This document shows positions 45,960-56,740 of a stretch of 64,000 bases of DNA, piece after piece. Both the position numbers and the translations under genes were made by a program. The stretch lies in contig CAVWHO010000022.1 of the NCBI GenBank assembly GCA_963754875.1, forward strand, positions 32,001-96,000. The letters are read 5' to 3'. Within the stretch, counting starts at the first letter, position 1; the number at the start of each line of letters is the position of its first letter. The DNA is from Nitrospirota bacterium (GTDB lineage: Bacteria > Nitrospirota > UBA9217). Under the pieces are notes generated by a model. It saw nothing but the letters and a program-made list of their open reading frames with translations, was not told where the DNA came from and did not search any database.

Positions 45960-47143
45960 TTAAGATATATCAGGTCGAATCAGAATCTCTTGCTCTAAGC
46001 CTTTTTTCAACGAGTGCAAATGTAAAACAAGCTCTACAATTACCGTATCATTAACGGTAGAAATATCCGGGGCTTGATGAAGCTGGGAGTTGTAAAGCGA
46101 TCTTTTCCCGAATCTCTTTATTAAGATATCAACATTATCGGGGACAAACAACCGTGCTCTCCGCCCTAATTTCTTCTCGAATTCATTAAAATAGATAGAT
46201 ATACCTGCAAAATCAAAATCCCCATAGTGAAGATAATCGTTCGAGATATTTTGCAGCCATTTCACTAAGTTGTTAGCGACGACGTTTTCGGGGACGATTT
46301 CGACGATAGCGTCCTCGGTGTCGAAAGCTGGTATCAATGTCTTTGACTTTACCTTAAAAGCCGGATTCTGATTTTTTATTCGATTCTATGCTATATTTCT
46401 TTCACCTTATGACTCGGAGGTCCTATCGGAGAAAGCATCTATTCGGTTTTATCTCCTCTACAACCTGGGATATCAAAGAAATAGAGGCGCGACATTAACA
46501 GTCGCACTCGTTATTCAAGTGCGCCTTTTTTCGAATTTCAGCGGGGACGCCACCGTCAGAATCGTCCCCGTTCCGACCGTCGCCTACATAAGTCGCCATT
46601 TTGCGGATATCGACTCACAAAAAGCGGCGTAATGCCAGAGAACAAATTGCGTTGCATCTCCACATAGCGGAAATTCTCAGGATTCTCGATGCCGACAACG
46701 GTGACATGAGGAGGTGGGATGAAGGCCTCAAAATCATAGATATAAGTAAAAGAACCAGGTCTCGGTTCAATAGTGATAGACTTTCCGTTCAATTTTGCCT
46801 CAATTGAAACATAGCAATTGATCGGAAATCCTTTAAAAGTCCTGACCCTCCTAATCTTTGAATCTGATGCTGCGTCGATGGACTCCGCTCGTGTTACCGT
46901 CTCTTCCCGTAGAAATTTTATATATTTCTCGAGGTCGGAAATCCCAAAGTGGTTCTTAAGATATTGAGTGAACGCGTCCTTGTCCCGCATGAGATAAACG
47001 GCCTTGCCTCGCCCTTGGCGAGTCAGAATCCCATCAACTTCCATGCGTTTTATCATTTCGTTCTTACTCAGACTGCTAAAGGGCAATGTCTGACCTTGAA
47101 AAAGTTCGAGTAGTTTCTGTGCAATGTGAAGTGATATCTTCAT
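45960..47143 (-). pseudogene. JetD/MksG-like Toprim nuclease interrupted by a MITE
   Basis: VGIENPENF..SRYPQNGDL|VKWL..YLHYGDFDFAGISIY; removing the insert and one TSD copy restores a 286-aa frame. Confidence 0.8.
46271..46588. mobile_element. 318-bp MITE with TGT..ACA ends and 5-bp TSD
   Basis: TAAGT at 46266-70 and 46589-93; imperfect 29-bp TIRs sharing GCGACG and CGGGGACGATT. Confidence 0.9.
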
Positions 47144-47147
47144 GCAA

Positions 47148-50100
47148 TCAGTGCTGGGTAATGATTCGCTTTATTTTTGTTATACTTTCAGCATCTTTTT
47201 CGAGTTTATAAATATGCCGATAGGCAAGGGCATCAGTCTCGGTTGGTGAACCATTAATCAGAAGGATGTTACGATCATTAGCGAATTTCAGGATACCTCG
47301 TACATTGCTGGGGTGAAGTCGCCCGATCTCATCCATAACGCAGTGAAGTTTAAAATCTTTGAATTTTCTCGACGCCCCCTCTTTAAAAACATTCAACAGC
47401 ATGATATTGAGCATCGCCTTTACCAGGATATCGGTTCCCTCGGAACCTACGTTCGAAAGCCGTTCGACCCATCCCGTATCATTCTGGTTTTCAATGACCC
47501 TGAACTTCAACTCGAAGGAATCCGAAAGAGAAATTACATCGTGCTTATAATCCGCAAGCTCCTTGACCAGCTGTTTAAGCAGGTCGATAGCCTTTTTGTT
47601 CGTTGTATCCTGATCCAGCTGCCAGGAGAAAAGATTGGCCGCACCCAAAGCAAGCCCCTCTTCTTGGTGAAATTTTGCTATCATTTTCAAGATCAGGACG
47701 ACCCGATTGGCGCTCTCGTCCATCTTCAGCTCGATTTTCTGAATCACCCCGACGAAATTCTTTTCAGTTATATCGCGGTTGATTTTTCCGATAACGTTCT
47801 GGATTTCCCCTTCCCGGGAGCTAATAGCGTCGGTTTCCCGCGCGATCAATTTTATGATATGTGCATACCGCTCATTTACCCTCTTTTCGTACTGGGATAT
47901 CTTGTCGTCTGTGATAAACCGGCTTAATTCTTGTGCAAACCGAAAATACTCTGCGTCCGAGACAAGGTTTGTCTTGAATTGAAAGATATTCTCAGCCGAA
48001 AAACGACCCAGGTACTTATTGATCCCCTCCCTCAGCTCTTTCAATTTTTCATCGATTGAGTAATGAATTTCCTTGATCTTACCTATAAGGTCTTTGCATC
48101 TCGCGCTCGTTGGGAAGTTTGGCTCTTCTTTCAGAAGTTGGCTGATTTTTTCAAACCACTTCCATTGCCTAAAATCCTCGAATTCGCCCAAGTCTTCCTG
48201 AATTTTCTCCAGCCCATCCTGGTTTCTCCTGATTTCCTCGCCGACGGCCCTTGCTTTTTCGTCAAGCGTCTTTTTGATCCGCTGGTATTTTTGCTCCTCT
48301 TGGTCCAGCTGCTGCTCATGAACGCGACGTTGTTGTTTGAATTCATCGATTCGATCAATGAACTCTCTTTTATCTCGACTATAGTTATACACATTCTCTT
48401 GGTTGGTTTCTATATAGCCAAGTTCTTTACCGACATCATCCAGCTTATTCTCTATCTCTTTGATCCTGGTTACGTCGGCGCCCTTTCCCGAAAGCTCAGC
48501 ATGCTTTTGATCAGCGAGATCGCTGCGTCGAGCCTGATGTCCCTTCCGATATTCATTCAACTCATCGTCCAGGCGGGCGAGCGTCTGTCCCTTCCTGACG
48601 GATTCCTCTTCGATTTTGTGGTTCCAGTCCTTCTCAACCGCAACTCGCTGCTTTTTGACTTCTCCTTTTAAACTCTCCACGGATTCTTTTTCTTTGAATT
48701 CAACCTCTGTGGCACTGGTGATTTCGGAGTCGATCTTATCAAGTGCTGCTTTCTTTTCCGCTTCGGCTTTTGCCCGCAGGTCCGTTAAAGCCAGTTCCGC
48801 AATCTTTAATTTCTCTGTTGTTTGTTGCGCATTGTATTCGGTAAGTCTTTGTTGGTCTTGGCTCTCCCTGATTTTCGAGTTATGCCGCTTGTTTAGTTTC
48901 TCTCTGTCGCTGTCATATCCGGCGGATAGTTCGCTGATTGAAGTGCGAATTGACTCGATTTCCGAATTAATCCCGTCTCGCTCCTTTTCATAATCAGCGA
49001 GCGTCCTGACCTTTCGGTTTATTTCCTTAAGATCCAATTCAATCCCATAAAGGAAGGAACGGCCTTCTGAATGAAGTTTGGGAGCGAGGTCGGAATGGAA
49101 AAGAATTTTCTCGTCGCATATCTTTCCGATTGATGTCTCCCATTCCGGGTAATGGTCGCTTAGCCAACCGTAAAATGAATTCTTACCGGCTTTAAGGGTT
49201 AATTCAACGGCGCTTAGCTTGGCGTTCAATTGAGAAATTCTTTCCTCCAGCTTCCCTTTCTGCTGCTCATAGGAATCAGTCAAGCTTTTCAGATCGTATT
49301 CCCATTGCCTGCGCCGAGTCTCCGCTTCTCCTTTCAGGACCTTCAAACTGCTTTCTATGTGAATTAAATTCGCTCTAAGCTCCGCTATAAGACTCTTGGT
49401 CTGTTCCGTTTCCTCTTCATAGAACCGCTCATTGACAAGCCCGGCCTTCTTTTCCCTGAGCTTTTGCACGCCGGCCGCTTGCAGCCTGAGCGCTGCTTCC
49501 GCCTCCCGGAGTCCCGCCTCGTGCTGTTTTTCGATTTGCGCGAGAAGTTGTTCACCTGTTTCCCGAAGCTGCTCTCTTTTCGAAAGAAAATTCGCTTCGG
49601 TTTGATTTCTGCGTTTCCCGATGCTGTTTTCGAATCCGGTAAGCTCGCTGTCGATCAGACGCTCCAATTCCTCGAACTTTTTCGTAATGTCCCTGAAACG
49701 GGTAGTGAGGACTTCTTTCTCCCTGTCCAGAGCATCTTTATCGCGTTTGAGGTCATCCTTGCGCGCCACCCTCCGGATAATCTCCTCGATGTTGATTTCT
49801 CGGTAATGACCGATCTTCTCGTTGGCAGTATCCAGATTATTCTTCAGTATGGTGATTTTTTCCTGAATAGCTTTCTTCTTATTTTCGGCTCGCGTTTCTG
49901 ACTCTATTATTTTCTCGACAATCCCGGTCTTCTTCTCTTCTGCCTGCCGGAGCGCCGCTTCGAGCACGGGCTTTTGCGACTGCGCCTGTTCGACGGCCTT
50001 TCCCAGACACCTGCAAAGGTCCGCCTTTTCTCCCTCCAGGTTCTGTATCAAACCACTCTGAGCGGATATGGTATTTGCGTGGGAGATCGACTGCCTGAAT

Positions 50101-50783
50101 TGTCGGATGTCGGCCAGCTGCTCCTCGAACCCTTTGAGCTCATACTGGTAGGTTTGCAGATCTATTTGCACGTCCACGTCGTTCAAAGAATGGATAATCG
50201 TCTGCTTTATAAACTCCGCTTCCAAGCGGGAGTTCAGAAAGACATTCTGGATCGTGCGGGCGATGCTTTGATATTGACGGCTCTCCAGAAGCGAAAACTT
50301 GCGCAGCTCGCGCTTTCCGTCGTTGTTTCCGTAAATGATGTCGCGGTATTCTTCGAACGTGTCGATCTTCCGCGAGTAATCGAATCCCTGCTGGTCGAAG
50401 GACGATCTGATCTTGTCCCAAGTATCAGAGACCTTTCCGTCTTCAGCAATGAAGTTTCGCTTGTCGAACGGACCGTCTATGAACCGGAAGGCGAGCCTAC
50501 CGAGCGACTTGAAGAGCAGAACACAGAAGGGACCGGATTCCTTGGCAACTTCATATACAATATAGGAATTTGCATACGGAAAATAGTATTCCGAGAAGTG
50601 CTTTTTTTCCTTGGATATACCGAGTTTCTGTGTATCTGCATTGTAGAAAAAAAGGATCGCTCGAAGAATAGTGCTTTTCCCTACCCCCTGAGTGCCGATA
50701 AAATGGATGTTTCCGTCGAGATTAACTTCGGCGAACCGGATAGCGGCGCTGTTGATGAAAGCAATCTTACTGAGGGATCTCAT
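47148..50783 (-). CDS. SMC-like ATPase (JetC/MksB-like)
   Basis: GTQGVGKST, long coiled coil, GSEGT signature, CVMDEIG. Confidence 0.9.
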   Translation of the reverse strand: MRSLSKIAFINSAAIRFAEVNLDGNIHFIGTQGVGKSTILRAILFFYNADTQKLGISKEKKHFSEYYFPYANSYIVYEVAKESGPFCVLLFKSLGRLAFRFIDGPFDKRNFIAEDGKVSDTWDKIRSSFDQQGFDYSRKIDTFEEYRDIIYGNNDGKRELRKFSLLESRQYQSIARTIQNVFLNSRLEAEFIKQTIIHSLNDVDVQIDLQTYQYELKGFEEQLADIRQFRQSISHANTISAQSGLIQNLEGEKADLCRCLGKAVEQAQSQKPVLEAALRQAEEKKTGIVEKIIESETRAENKKKAIQEKITILKNNLDTANEKIGHYREINIEEIIRRVARKDDLKRDKDALDREKEVLTTRFRDITKKFEELERLIDSELTGFENSIGKRRNQTEANFLSKREQLRETGEQLLAQIEKQHEAGLREAEAALRLQAAGVQKLREKKAGLVNERFYEEETEQTKSLIAELRANLIHIESSLKVLKGEAETRRRQWEYDLKSLTDSYEQQKGKLEERISQLNAKLSAVELTLKAGKNSFYGWLSDHYPEWETSIGKICDEKILFHSDLAPKLHSEGRSFLYGIELDLKEINRKVRTLADYEKERDGINSEIESIRTSISELSAGYDSDREKLNKRHNSKIRESQDQQRLTEYNAQQTTEKLKIAELALTDLRAKAEAEKKAALDKIDSEITSATEVEFKEKESVESLKGEVKKQRVAVEKDWNHKIEEESVRKGQTLARLDDELNEYRKGHQARRSDLADQKHAELSGKGADVTRIKEIENKLDDVGKELGYIETNQENVYNYSRDKREFIDRIDEFKQQRRVHEQQLDQEEQKYQRIKKTLDEKARAVGEEIRRNQDGLEKIQEDLGEFEDFRQWKWFEKISQLLKEEPNFPTSARCKDLIGKIKEIHYSIDEKLKELREGINKYLGRFSAENIFQFKTNLVSDAEYFRFAQELSRFITDDKISQYEKRVNERYAHIIKLIARETDAISSREGEIQNVIGKINRDITEKNFVGVIQKIELKMDESANRVVLILKMIAKFHQEEGLALGAANLFSWQLDQDTTNKKAIDLLKQLVKELADYKHDVISLSDSFELKFRVIENQNDTGWVERLSNVGSEGTDILVKAMLNIMLLNVFKEGASRKFKDFKLHCVMDEIGRLHPSNVRGILKFANDRNILLINGSPTETDALAYRHIYKLEKDAESITKIKRIITQH

Positions 50784-51339
50784 TGTTGACGTCCTCGGGA
50801 ATATTAATACTCAAAATAAGCTCCTCCAGATAACGAAAAGAGGAAAGCACCTTGTATTGATCAGTCAGTTCGTTCTCCAATTCAAAGAAGCTCTCATTAC
50901 AGACCATCCGGATGATCTTTTTTAAGCTGTCGGCGTAAGTTTCTTCAGATGAATATTTTCTCAACCCTTCGAGCTTGTTCTTGAGCAAAGCATCCACATT
51001 GAGCCGGACAAGGATGTCGGAAGGGGTAAAACGGGATCCGGGTCCGAAAGAGCTTTCGAAGGTCTTGAAGAAATCTACTATATCGATCCACTTATAGGCA
51101 GCCTCGATTTTTCTTTCGAAGTCTACCTTCGATTCCGAACGACTGAAATAAAAGAAATCATCCCCGCGTTCCAGCACAAAATTGATTAAAATGAAATACT
51201 CATAAAACTCGTCGAAGCGGTCGTCGATGACGCTGTACAACTGGCGGATATTTTCCGCGGAGCTGTTCGCGCAGATAAATTGCCCCCTGCTCAGCAACTC
51301 GAAGATCTGGCTCGTCTGCTTCGGCATGTTCATGGTCAT
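50767..51339 (-). CDS. MksE/JetB-like condensin subunit
   Basis: 190 aa, IFELLSRGQFI; position directly before the SMC gene. Confidence 0.7.
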   Translation of the reverse strand: MTMNMPKQTSQIFELLSRGQFICANSSAENIRQLYSVIDDRFDEFYEYFILINFVLERGDDFFYFSRSESKVDFERKIEAAYKWIDIVDFFKTFESSFGPGSRFTPSDILVRLNVDALLKNKLEGLRKYSSEETYADSLKKIIRMVCNESFFELENELTDQYKVLSSFRYLEELILSINIPEDVNNEIPQ

Positions 51340-51343
51340 ATCT

Positions 51344-52534
51344 CTATCCCGGATACACTACGGCGTATTCCACTTCACCGTGTCTGTTAAAGGCATCAGT
51401 AATTTTCAGTTCCTGCTCATACAGGGATACCATGCGACAAAATATCGTCACCTTCTCCTCAAACGGTACTTCCCTTGGATAGGGGTAGTTCATCAGAAAG
51501 CCGAACAGGTGGTTACCCGAAGCGGAAAAACCGTTCCTGATTGCGTCCAGGTCTATTACCGCCTCCTGCTCTGTCTCTATCAGCAGGTAGTTGCCGGCAA
51601 TATTATCGGCGATCGGAAGGCCGGGAGGCGCCGAATGCTTAACCTTCTGGCCCACTTTCAATATCGATTGCCAGGCTTCATCGGTCTGAAGATATTCCAG
51701 GGAGAGCTTGAGAGGGTAGAAAGGATTGGGTTCGAATATCACGGAATTGTTTCGGCCAAGAATTTCCTCGATGTTGGTTTTTGTCTTGAGTTCGAACTGA
51801 TCTTTCAAATGCTTTATCCGCCGCAGGTGCTCGGCCACCCTGCTCTGATACTTGATCTGGTTCAGATACTCGATGATCTGCTTCTGGATTTCGATCAGAT
51901 TGTGGCGATACTCGTTAATTTGATGGCGAAGTTGAACGACAATCTGCCTTAGCTCTTCATCCAGTGCTGCCTTGAAAAATGTCTGTTCATCCTCACCGAC
52001 GAGATTTTCAATCTGGTCGAGAAGCGAGCTGATATCCTGCCGTTTCCGGTCGTAATGTTCCAGCTTGGAGATCTTTACCGCATACGTCGGCTCCGTTTTG
52101 AAGGCGTGTTCGATATTCCTGTTGAGATCCATGATATTGCGGAGCGTTATTCGGCCTGCTTTTCGGAGAGATGATTTTATGCTCCGCAGATAGGCATATT
52201 TGCGACTTTCGTGGTTCTCCTGCAGATAATACAGTATCCCTTGCTTAATCTGCTGGATATTTTCATCAATGAAGAACGTGTTGATTTCCTCATTGACATC
52301 CAGGATGGTCTCGAGGAACTGCAAATACTGGTCGTCGATCTCGACGAAAGAGGCATTCGACCTGATGACGCCCCGCTCCTTCAGGAACTCCAACCGTTCC
52401 TCATCGAATTCGACCAGCTCGAGAGCGTACTCTTCTTTAAAGGGAATTTTTCGCTTCTCGAACAGCTCGGAGAGCAGGTTCCGTTCCCTATACAGAGCGG
52501 CAACAAGGTCTTTTACTGAATGGAAGTATTGCAT
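51344..52534 (-). CDS. MksF/JetA-like subunit
   Basis: 396-aa helical protein, first gene of the four-gene SMC operon. Confidence 0.6.
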   Translation of the reverse strand: MQYFHSVKDLVAALYRERNLLSELFEKRKIPFKEEYALELVEFDEERLEFLKERGVIRSNASFVEIDDQYLQFLETILDVNEEINTFFIDENIQQIKQGILYYLQENHESRKYAYLRSIKSSLRKAGRITLRNIMDLNRNIEHAFKTEPTYAVKISKLEHYDRKRQDISSLLDQIENLVGEDEQTFFKAALDEELRQIVVQLRHQINEYRHNLIEIQKQIIEYLNQIKYQSRVAEHLRRIKHLKDQFELKTKTNIEEILGRNNSVIFEPNPFYPLKLSLEYLQTDEAWQSILKVGQKVKHSAPPGLPIADNIAGNYLLIETEQEAVIDLDAIRNGFSASGNHLFGFLMNYPYPREVPFEEKVTIFCRMVSLYEQELKITDAFNRHGEVEYAVVYPG

Positions 52535-52556
52535 TTATCTTGTTTTTAAATACCGA

Positions 52557-52871
52557 TCAAAATGAAGTGCACTTTTCATAAAACACGATGCCGACGCGCC
52601 GAATATGATCAACCACAGCTGGATCGGTTATTTGTGCAAAAATAGACAAATCGATCTTATACGGCAAAAGCAAGTCGTCGAGTTTATTTTCAATTTTGCG
52701 CAGGACCGTCGGAGACAAGCCGTTGCCGTACAGCGTCAGGTCGATGTCGGAGCCTGTTTTATAATTCCCCTTGGCGCGCGAGCCGTATAATATCGCTTTG
52801 TCCACTTCGGGATAGGCGGCCAAGACAGCCTGCATTCGTTCAATGGTCTTTTCGTCAAGCCCGTACTTCAC
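52557..52871 (-). CDS. Minimal nucleotidyltransferase (MNT)
   Basis: LYGSRAKG....GSDIDL. Confidence 0.9.
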   Translation of the reverse strand: MKYGLDEKTIERMQAVLAAYPEVDKAILYGSRAKGNYKTGSDIDLTLYGNGLSPTVLRKIENKLDDLLLPYKIDLSIFAQITDPAVVDHIRRVGIVFYEKCTSF

Positions 52872-53293
52872 GGTTGTTCTTCCTCTTTCAATTTATTCAA
52901 TTTCACTTGCAAGGCATTAAACGCTCTGTAATAATTGTCCCTGACAGCTTCCACGATTTCCAAAGCAGTCGATTCGTTGTAGGTATGCGTGGTAAGGTTC
53001 CGGCTCCTGATCATATCCATCCAGGTTTCGCCGTTTTCTATCAGGCCCGCCTTGAACGCTTCGCGGGTGGCGTCTTTTGACCCGTAGATGTTTTGAACGC
53101 CGCGACTTTCCAGAAAATCTTTCAAAGTATTCCAGGCCAGTTCGTGGGTGAATTCAAACGCCTGGATCATGCCCTGCTCTTCGAGCTTCGAAAGGTCTCG
53201 CTGCCCGGCCAATTCCACGGCCTCGGCCAATTGGCTCAGGGCTTTGCTGAAATTATGAAAGCGTTGTAACCAGCGGATGTCTTTTGCAGTCAT
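52868..53293 (-). CDS. HEPN / nucleotidyltransferase substrate-binding protein (HI0074-like)
   Basis: IQAFEFTHELAW; RNLTTH = Rx4H. Confidence 0.9.
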   Translation of the reverse strand: MTAKDIRWLQRFHNFSKALSQLAEAVELAGQRDLSKLEEQGMIQAFEFTHELAWNTLKDFLESRGVQNIYGSKDATREAFKAGLIENGETWMDMIRSRNLTTHTYNESTALEIVEAVRDNYYRAFNALQVKLNKLKEEEQP

Positions 53294-53500
53294 GATTCTT
53301 GCTCCTTTTTACGAGTGACTTGTTGATATGATGAAGTTCTACGAACCCTCTATAGGTGCTGATTCTACACAGCCACTCTTTGCAGCGGCAATGGAAGCGA
53401 ATTGGTTTCTTCGGACAGCGTTCGCCAGCTTTTTGCTGAGCGATATGCCAACCCTGAAATTTCCGATTAACGGTCAAGGCGGAATGACAACATAAAAAGC

Positions 53501-53599
53501 CTCCACCCGATTAATCACCAGTACCATGACATCGTCCTGAACAAGGACAAGGCGTACCAGATCGTCGGAGTGGTGATGGAGGAGAAGCAGTATAAGTAG
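53501..53599 (+). pseudogene. C-terminal remnant of an S24 (LexA/CI-like) peptidase
   Basis: Hand translation LHPINHQYHDIVLNKDKAYQIVGVVMEEKQYK*. Confidence 0.45.
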
Positions 53600-53605
53600 C
53601 AAGCG

Positions 53606-56600
53606 CTACGCCACAACAAATCCGTCCTTCAGCAGCGTCTCGACGTCATGTTTTATCTGAGCATAGACGAAGTTCCTTAATGGACACATTTCCGAAGAAT
53701 GGTCGTAACCGCCACTTCCCCCATATCTTCCGACGCTAACCAAGGGTATTGGTTGATGATCACGAAAAATCGAATCCAATCCGCGATGATGCCATGATCT
53801 AAACATGGTGAAGTCGTCATACTTGAATCTAGATACAGCCGGCCTAGCTACGACCTCTATTGCGGGTTCACTCGAATCGTACTTGAATCCAAACTGCAAA
53901 CTGCCTGCATGCATTGAATTCATTTCAGTATCAAACTCTACATATACGCCAGAAGGCATCTCAGAATAGAATTCAAACCGATCTTTCAGCGTGGGAAAGC
54001 ATACATCTACAAGTATTTTATACTCCTCAAAATACCTACGAAAGAACACTTCGATGTAGTTCCTGAATTGCTTCTCACTATACTGAGCGCAGATAAGCTG
54101 TGGGATCCAACCTTGGCTCCCTCCTCTGCTATGAAGCGTAGTATATATTTGATCACCTGTAATATCTGGTGGCGGAAGACAAGGTGAGGTTATCTGCCCG
54201 TATCTGTGCTGAATAGTTTTTAGAGCATCTAGCAACACTGAATAGAGCTGCGATTTTCCAATAACTCTGGAGGGTGGGATTGCGCTGCCAGCATCGACAG
54301 CCGCTTGCGATTTTTGTTCTATGTCAGCCCAGTTTAACTGTTGAGGACTGAAGTTGTAGGATACTATATTCCCGTTTCTTTGAGTCTTGATCCGGCCGGC
54401 GTCGATTTCCTGCTGTATTGCTTCATTTTGGTAAAATTCGCGTGCGTAAATAAGTTTCACTCTTCTTTCGATATCAGCGCAGCTAATCGGAAATAAATGC
54501 GTTAAATCGGGCAACCAATTATAAACAGTTGGTTTTGGAAAACCTAGTTCCTGTGAAGTGTTATAAATTATTGCGATAGATTTTTCTATGGCAAGGGCTT
54601 CATTGCTAGATTCGTTTAGTTGGCCTTTTTTAATAATTTTTTGCAATTGCTCTACGACTTCTGCACGAGCTGCATCAATAGGATTTGACGAAATAAAATC
54701 CTTTGATCTGCTTTTGAATGTAGCCACACCCATTTTATATAATTTGGGCGATAGCTCTTCGCGCGAGAGAACGGGAAGCACCTCCAGTAATGCGTTGTCT
54801 GCGTCTTGGAGAGGACGAAATCCATATGCAGCTTGCAATGCATGCTGATTGTCAGATATAACAAGTCCTATCATCCCTGACGTAAAAGGCTCAAAGCGGT
54901 CCTTGATTGTTGGAAAATGTGTTTCGATCAATCGAATGTATTCATTCAGAAATACTAATGCCCTTGTTTGGCGATACTCCAACAATATTTTCCTGTGGCT
55001 ATCTTTCGCAATTGAATTGTACCAACTCAAAACACTTAACCCCACCTGACTTTCGAATAGCGATGGGATGACTTCGCGCAGTTTATTGTCTGTCTTGCTT
55101 GATAATTTCAATGATAACGTAGCAACGACAAAGTCGCGTATTCTTGTGTAATAAAATCCAATATGATTTAATCCATCATCGGACTCAGAACGCGACAGTA
55201 TATTGTAAGTAAATAATTCGTCCGGAAGTTTATCACTTGGCTTCATCGAAAGAAAACAACGAAGATGAGATTCTTCGACTCGATCAGACAAAAAAGGCTT
55301 TTTGTCCCCATCTGTGCCAGCATGCAACAAAGCACTTCCGACACCGTCCAGGTAGTTTAGTGCAAGCTCCTTATCGGTTTTTTCAAGTTTTTTGTCTAAA
55401 TACGCCTTCAGTATAGCTACATCGTCTATAGTCTGTGGCAGTTCTTTCCCCTCATAAACTTCAGCGATGATTCTAAGCATGAAGCCGAGGGAGCACTCTC
55501 TTTTTGTTTCACCTATTAATTGGCCTCGATACTTAAATACGCTTCTGTATTTGTTGTCCAAAATATCGAGTTCATCATTGTCAAAGCGTGTGACATAAAT
55601 GCCGGGCATCTTCTTTATGACTCGATCTTCTTGGTCTGTATTTACAGCAGATGAATGCTCATAAATATGTTCCGCTATGTACGTAGGGTTGCCCTTTAGC
55701 GTAAGATAATTATTCCATTCCAGCGACTTACAGGTAACACAAATCTTAATATGCTGGTACGGCTGTATTTTTCTCACCAAATCGTTAAGATCTTGAACAA
55801 AATTTGGTGCCGACGCCTCATCAATTGCATCAATGAATATGCAAACACGCCGGTTTTCATGATGCGCCAAATCATCTAACCTTTTCACAATTTCGACTGC
55901 TTCAAGTTGAGGCGAAAAGAACCAATTGAAATCATCTCTGATATTGCCGACTATATCTCCATATATATCTGCCGCGTTATAAAATAGGACGACGTGATCT
56001 CCAATAGCCTTCTCTGCAAGACCGCATATTAGGTTGGTTTTACCAACACCAGATTCACCAATCATTGCAAACACTATTGAAGAACTTTTCAGATACTCAT
56101 TAAATTGTTCATGAATAATCCTGCGCTCTATCCATAGTTCAGGAATATACTTCTTCTGCACTTTTGTTATACTGCCCTTCAACGTCAGCATTCTTGAATC
56201 TACTTGATAGCGAGAAAATACTGATAGATTTGCTGAAGACAGGCCAATAAAATTCAATAATGCTTCATATCGTTTTTCAAATTCTTCGCTTGCTGCTAGT
56301 TTGCAACCATTTTTCCAGAAGTTGGATTGACTGCCGATTTCATACCCCTGCAGATCCTTCTTTTCTATCGTATCGACTATCCGCGTTTCTTTTCCATTGG
56401 TAACAATTACGAAAGGCGCTATCGGATGGACTAATCTTGCATATGATATAGCTTGATCGACATCGCTATCAGTGATGCTTAAATTATCCGCCTTCACTTC
56501 GATGATGAAAAGATTTACGCCTCCCTTTTTGCACAGGATGTCGGAGCGCCCCCCCGCCGTAACAACCTTGCTAACCGTATTCTCACTTTTGCCTAAGCGT

Positions 56601-56740
56601 ATACTAAAAGATGTTTCAAACTGTATTTCATCTGAAGATACACTGAGACTCTGCAGGTAAGGCAATACCAGTTTATTTTTAAGGTCTTCTTCTGTAATTA
56701 ATATTTTCTGCATGAAATCGCTAAATGCCTCACGCACCAT
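53606..56740 (-). CDS. HsdR_N-type nuclease fused to a NACHT/STAND ATPase (Avs/NLR-like defence candidate)
   Basis: RSDIL..IIEVK..QAISYA..VTNG; GESGVGKT; IFIDAIDE. Confidence 0.75.
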   Translation of the reverse strand: MVREAFSDFMQKILITEEDLKNKLVLPYLQSLSVSSDEIQFETSFSIRLGKSENTVSKVVTAGGRSDILCKKGGVNLFIIEVKADNLSITDSDVDQAISYARLVHPIAPFVIVTNGKETRIVDTIEKKDLQGYEIGSQSNFWKNGCKLAASEEFEKRYEALLNFIGLSSANLSVFSRYQVDSRMLTLKGSITKVQKKYIPELWIERRIIHEQFNEYLKSSSIVFAMIGESGVGKTNLICGLAEKAIGDHVVLFYNAADIYGDIVGNIRDDFNWFFSPQLEAVEIVKRLDDLAHHENRRVCIFIDAIDEASAPNFVQDLNDLVRKIQPYQHIKICVTCKSLEWNNYLTLKGNPTYIAEHIYEHSSAVNTDQEDRVIKKMPGIYVTRFDNDELDILDNKYRSVFKYRGQLIGETKRECSLGFMLRIIAEVYEGKELPQTIDDVAILKAYLDKKLEKTDKELALNYLDGVGSALLHAGTDGDKKPFLSDRVEESHLRCFLSMKPSDKLPDELFTYNILSRSESDDGLNHIGFYYTRIRDFVVATLSLKLSSKTDNKLREVIPSLFESQVGLSVLSWYNSIAKDSHRKILLEYRQTRALVFLNEYIRLIETHFPTIKDRFEPFTSGMIGLVISDNQHALQAAYGFRPLQDADNALLEVLPVLSREELSPKLYKMGVATFKSRSKDFISSNPIDAARAEVVEQLQKIIKKGQLNESSNEALAIEKSIAIIYNTSQELGFPKPTVYNWLPDLTHLFPISCADIERRVKLIYAREFYQNEAIQQEIDAGRIKTQRNGNIVSYNFSPQQLNWADIEQKSQAAVDAGSAIPPSRVIGKSQLYSVLLDALKTIQHRYGQITSPCLPPPDITGDQIYTTLHSRGGSQGWIPQLICAQYSEKQFRNYIEVFFRRYFEEYKILVDVCFPTLKDRFEFYSEMPSGVYVEFDTEMNSMHAGSLQFGFKYDSSEPAIEVVARPAVSRFKYDDFTMFRSWHHRGLDSIFRDHQPIPLVSVGRYGGSGGYDHSSEMCPLRNFVYAQIKHDVETLLKDGFVVA

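Noticed and set aside
47313..52565. Long plus-strand ORFs opposite the SMC operon
   Set aside because: Antisense to well-supported genes
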